From an uncultured delta proteobacterium (GTDB taxonomy: Bacteria; Desulfobacterota; Syntrophia; Syntrophales; Smithellaceae), in the NCBI GenBank assembly GCA_963753975.1, contig CAVWEH010000005.1:192001-256000 (forward strand): 64,000 nucleotides of DNA. The letters run 5' to 3'. The notes under the pieces were generated by a model that was not told the origin of the DNA, ran no database searches, and saw only the letters and a program-made list of their open reading frames with translations. Both the position numbers and the translations under genes were made by a program. This document shows, one piece after another, positions 61,882 to 64,000 of the stretch; positions within the stretch are counted from its first letter, which is position 1, and every line of letters starts with the position of its first letter.

Positions 61882-62442
61882 TTATCCTCCGGTCACAGTT
61901 CGTTCAAAGGCAATCTTTGCCGCCAATGAGTTCTTTTCGGGCCCTCGTGTCTCGAATTCCTCTTCAATGCCTTTGATCAGAATATCTATTCCCAGGAAGT
62001 TCGCCGCTTTTGCCAGCGATCCGATTATCCCTGTATTCACCATACCGTGAGGAAGGCCCGCCTCAACCGATATAGCCGTAATGTCTGCAGTTGCCAGCCT
62101 GTAATCCTTAAAGTCGTAGTATTCAAAAGACTTTGGCGTGTTCAGAACGATGACCCCGCCGGGCCTGAGGCCGCGCGTTACATCCACCTCGGCCAAAAGC
62201 AGATGATCAAGGACGACAATGATATCCGGGGTCTCGATGGGCGATAAATCATATATTTTCTGTCTGGAAATCTTCAGCGATGTCATGACGGGTGCACCCC
62301 GGCGCTCCGTGCCGAATGTCGGAGCCATGACAACTCCGGAATAGCCGGAGACGAAGGCAGCTCCCGCAACTATTTTTGCCGCCGTTATTGCGCCCTGTCC
62401 GCCTCGTCCATGCCAACGGATTTCGATAAATTCCTTGTTCAC
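61882..62442 (-). CDS. porG: 2-oxoacid:ferredoxin oxidoreductase gamma subunit
   Basis: EIRWHGRGGQGA, FGTERRGAPV, VNT. Confidence 0.9.
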   Translation of the reverse strand: MNKEFIEIRWHGRGGQGAITAAKIVAGAAFVSGYSGVVMAPTFGTERRGAPVMTSLKISRQKIYDLSPIETPDIIVVLDHLLLAEVDVTRGLRPGGVIVLNTPKSFEYYDFKDYRLATADITAISVEAGLPHGMVNTGIIGSLAKAANFLGIDILIKGIEEEFETRGPEKNSLAAKIAFERTVTGG

Positions 62443-62547
62443 GACTACATCCTGGTCTTAATTCTCACCTAATGTTTATGCCGAAATTCCAGCGATTTCT
62501 TGCCGGCGATTCCGAATCACAAGCATGAACCCCGAAAGTTTGCGACT

Positions 62548-62636
62548 CATTACAACTTACCAATTCCGACGTGTGACTTCTTGTGACCTTCAGGTTATTA
62601 GGTTATACGTTCCGGTTGCGGGATTGGAGTTTCACG
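62548..62636 (+). repeat. Hairpin element copy carrying the loop module
   Basis: AACT-TA-CCAATTCCG...GTGACCTTCAGGTTA...CGGGATTGG-AGTT-TC. Confidence 0.7.
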
Positions 62637-62733
62637 AATAAAAAGGCCATGGCTTTTTCATCCACGGCCTGGAAAACATTTCTGACATCCGGAATAACAA
62701 ACAAGTGAATCTTTGAAATTATCTCGTTGCCCT

Positions 62734-62822
62734 ATCCCGACATGCGCCATAGGCTAAGTAATTCAACTAGTCGCTATTAACGCACCGTGTTAATATTCCA
62801 GCTCATTAAATGAGCTAGAATA
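62734..62822 (+). repeat. Degenerate hairpin element copy, or terminator-like hairpin after the 5'-nucleotidase
   Basis: ATCCC...AATTCAACTAG...TATTAAC-loop-GTTAATA...AGCTCATTAA, overlapping AGCTCATT-A-AATGAGCT. Confidence 0.45.
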
Positions 62823-62836
62823 AACCAACAATGTTG

Positions 62837-64000
62837 TCAATATTTAATTTTCCACCTGTCTTCCCTTCTTCTTTTTATTTTCTTAGAGATGATTCTGACG
62901 ATGAAAAATATTATACAGAAAGACAGCAATCCCATAGTCAGAAGCGCTAAAACCGTGGGTACTGTTGCCCGGGATGTCAGAGCATCCGGATTCCAGCTTG
63001 CCTGTATTGCGATGCGCCCGAGCCCAGCTTTGTATTTTTCCGGCAGATCGGGAAGTCCGTCGCCGTTTACGTCCGGGAATGACCGGACATATTCGATCAC
63101 TCCCCGCCATTCTTTCAACTCCTGTATGCCGCGCTGGGATTTATCCGCATCCACCCGCATATCCGCTAGATTTTTCACGGATCTACCTTTTTTATCTTTC
63201 GGAATGATAGTGAGGAAATGATAGGTATAATCCCCGATTACTTTTAAAAAGGCGGCATTATAAATATTAGCCGCCACCCGGTAAAGCCGTTTGTTGGATT
63301 GACTGTAGTCAAAATTTTTGTATCCTTCTTCGTCGCTGCCTATTTCAATATTTGTTACCCTGTCAAAAATTACGCGGTGCGGATTATAGGTAAAGCGCAG
63401 GCCGGAAATTTGCAGAAAATAGTCATATCCCCTGCGCGGGTAAACGCTGGTTAAAATTTCCAGAACCCTTTTTATTTCATAACCGTAAAGGTAAAAACTA
63501 ATCAGCGGATAACCCATCGTAGAATCTGCATCCATCCCGACACCCAGCGGTATAGTACGAAATAAATCTTCGACGGTTATTCTGCCCGTATTGCCGGCGA
63601 TCAAATTATCACGAATAACTCCGTTGAACTCCACGGCAACGTCAACATGGCTTGCCGGATCATTTGCTTCCGAGTCAGACTTGTTTACATACCAGCGAAT
63701 GGAGTCGGCAATCATGTTACCCAGCGGCGATTCATCCGCGCCGATTTCCAGATCCCAGTTAGTATGGGCGATTACCTGGTCATAGCTCAAACCGAAGCCT
63801 CGGAGAAATTGTGTGTTTATTTTTTGTTTGAAGCCTTCAATCGTCTTTTGAATCGCCGCATCGCCGACGATAGAGCTGTTGATGACAACTGTCCTATATT
63901 TTTTCAGCACGATCTTTTTTTTGTCGCAAGCGATATCCAGAACGCCAACCTGCTTTCCGTAAGCCCCGGCGTGAAGAATGATCGTATTACCTATTTTAAG
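62837..64000 (-). CDS. Bifunctional metallophosphatase/5'-nucleotidase, C-terminal part (starts beyond the window)
   Basis: Frame open to 64000 (HAGAYGKQVG); ESPLGNMIADS, NGVIR, LQISGL; C-terminal TM anchor. Confidence 0.85.
   Translation of the reverse strand, partial: LKIGNTIILHAGAYGKQVGVLDIACDKKKIVLKKYRTVVINSSIVGDAAIQKTIEGFKQKINTQFLRGFGLSYDQVIAHTNWDLEIGADESPLGNMIADSIRWYVNKSDSEANDPASHVDVAVEFNGVIRDNLIAGNTGRITVEDLFRTIPLGVGMDADSTMGYPLISFYLYGYEIKRVLEILTSVYPRRGYDYFLQISGLRFTYNPHRVIFDRVTNIEIGSDEEGYKNFDYSQSNKRLYRVAANIYNAAFLKVIGDYTYHFLTIIPKDKKGRSVKNLADMRVDADKSQRGIQELKEWRGVIEYVRSFPDVNGDGLPDLPEKYKAGLGRIAIQASWNPDALTSRATVPTVLALLTMGLLSFCIIFFIVRIISKKIKRRREDRWKIKY

Noticed and set aside
265..63785. Numerous antisense or overlapping ORFs in the track (e.g. 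3874-4434, 15498-16097, 24261-24866, 61020-61865)
   Set aside because: Shadow frames of well-supported genes with no recognisable motifs.

Overview
This is a bacterial chromosomal segment. Gene content and order suggest an anaerobic deltaproteobacterium, probably Syntrophales/Smithella-like (inference, not verified). About 50 kb is housekeeping: rpmH-rnpA-yidD-yidC-jag-mnmE with no adjacent dnaA, rho-rpmE-prfA-prmC-murA-hisD, tRNA-Gly(CCC), rimP-nusA-infB-rbfA-nrnA-truB-rpsO-pnp-dut, a DUF39 homocysteine enzyme, ftsB-pilMNOPQ-TPR, gcvH/lipoate ligase, hisC, rpsU, holA, a GT2 plus TMTC-like pair, rpe and waaA. The last ~13 kb is metabolic: a PLP dehydratase, a DsrE-ArsR-TusA-MvhD-HdrA-HdrA-wHTH-HdrC-CCG operon broken by 17 frameshifts (probably sequencing error), a four-subunit 2-oxoacid:ferredoxin oxidoreductase and a partial 5'-nucleotidase. 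The most unusual signal is non-coding. About 11-12 copies of a dispersed intergenic hairpin element share a fold, not a sequence: AAT-TC-N4-[2-nt bulge]-~10-bp stem-loop-N4'-TC-ATT. They show compensatory changes and GNA mini-hairpin loops, form head-to-tail arrays joined at ATTAAT, and sometimes carry a nested loop module; two copies form an inverted pair bracketing the tRNA. No cognate transposase or recombinase lies in the window. All calls were made by eye from the sequence; no searches were run.
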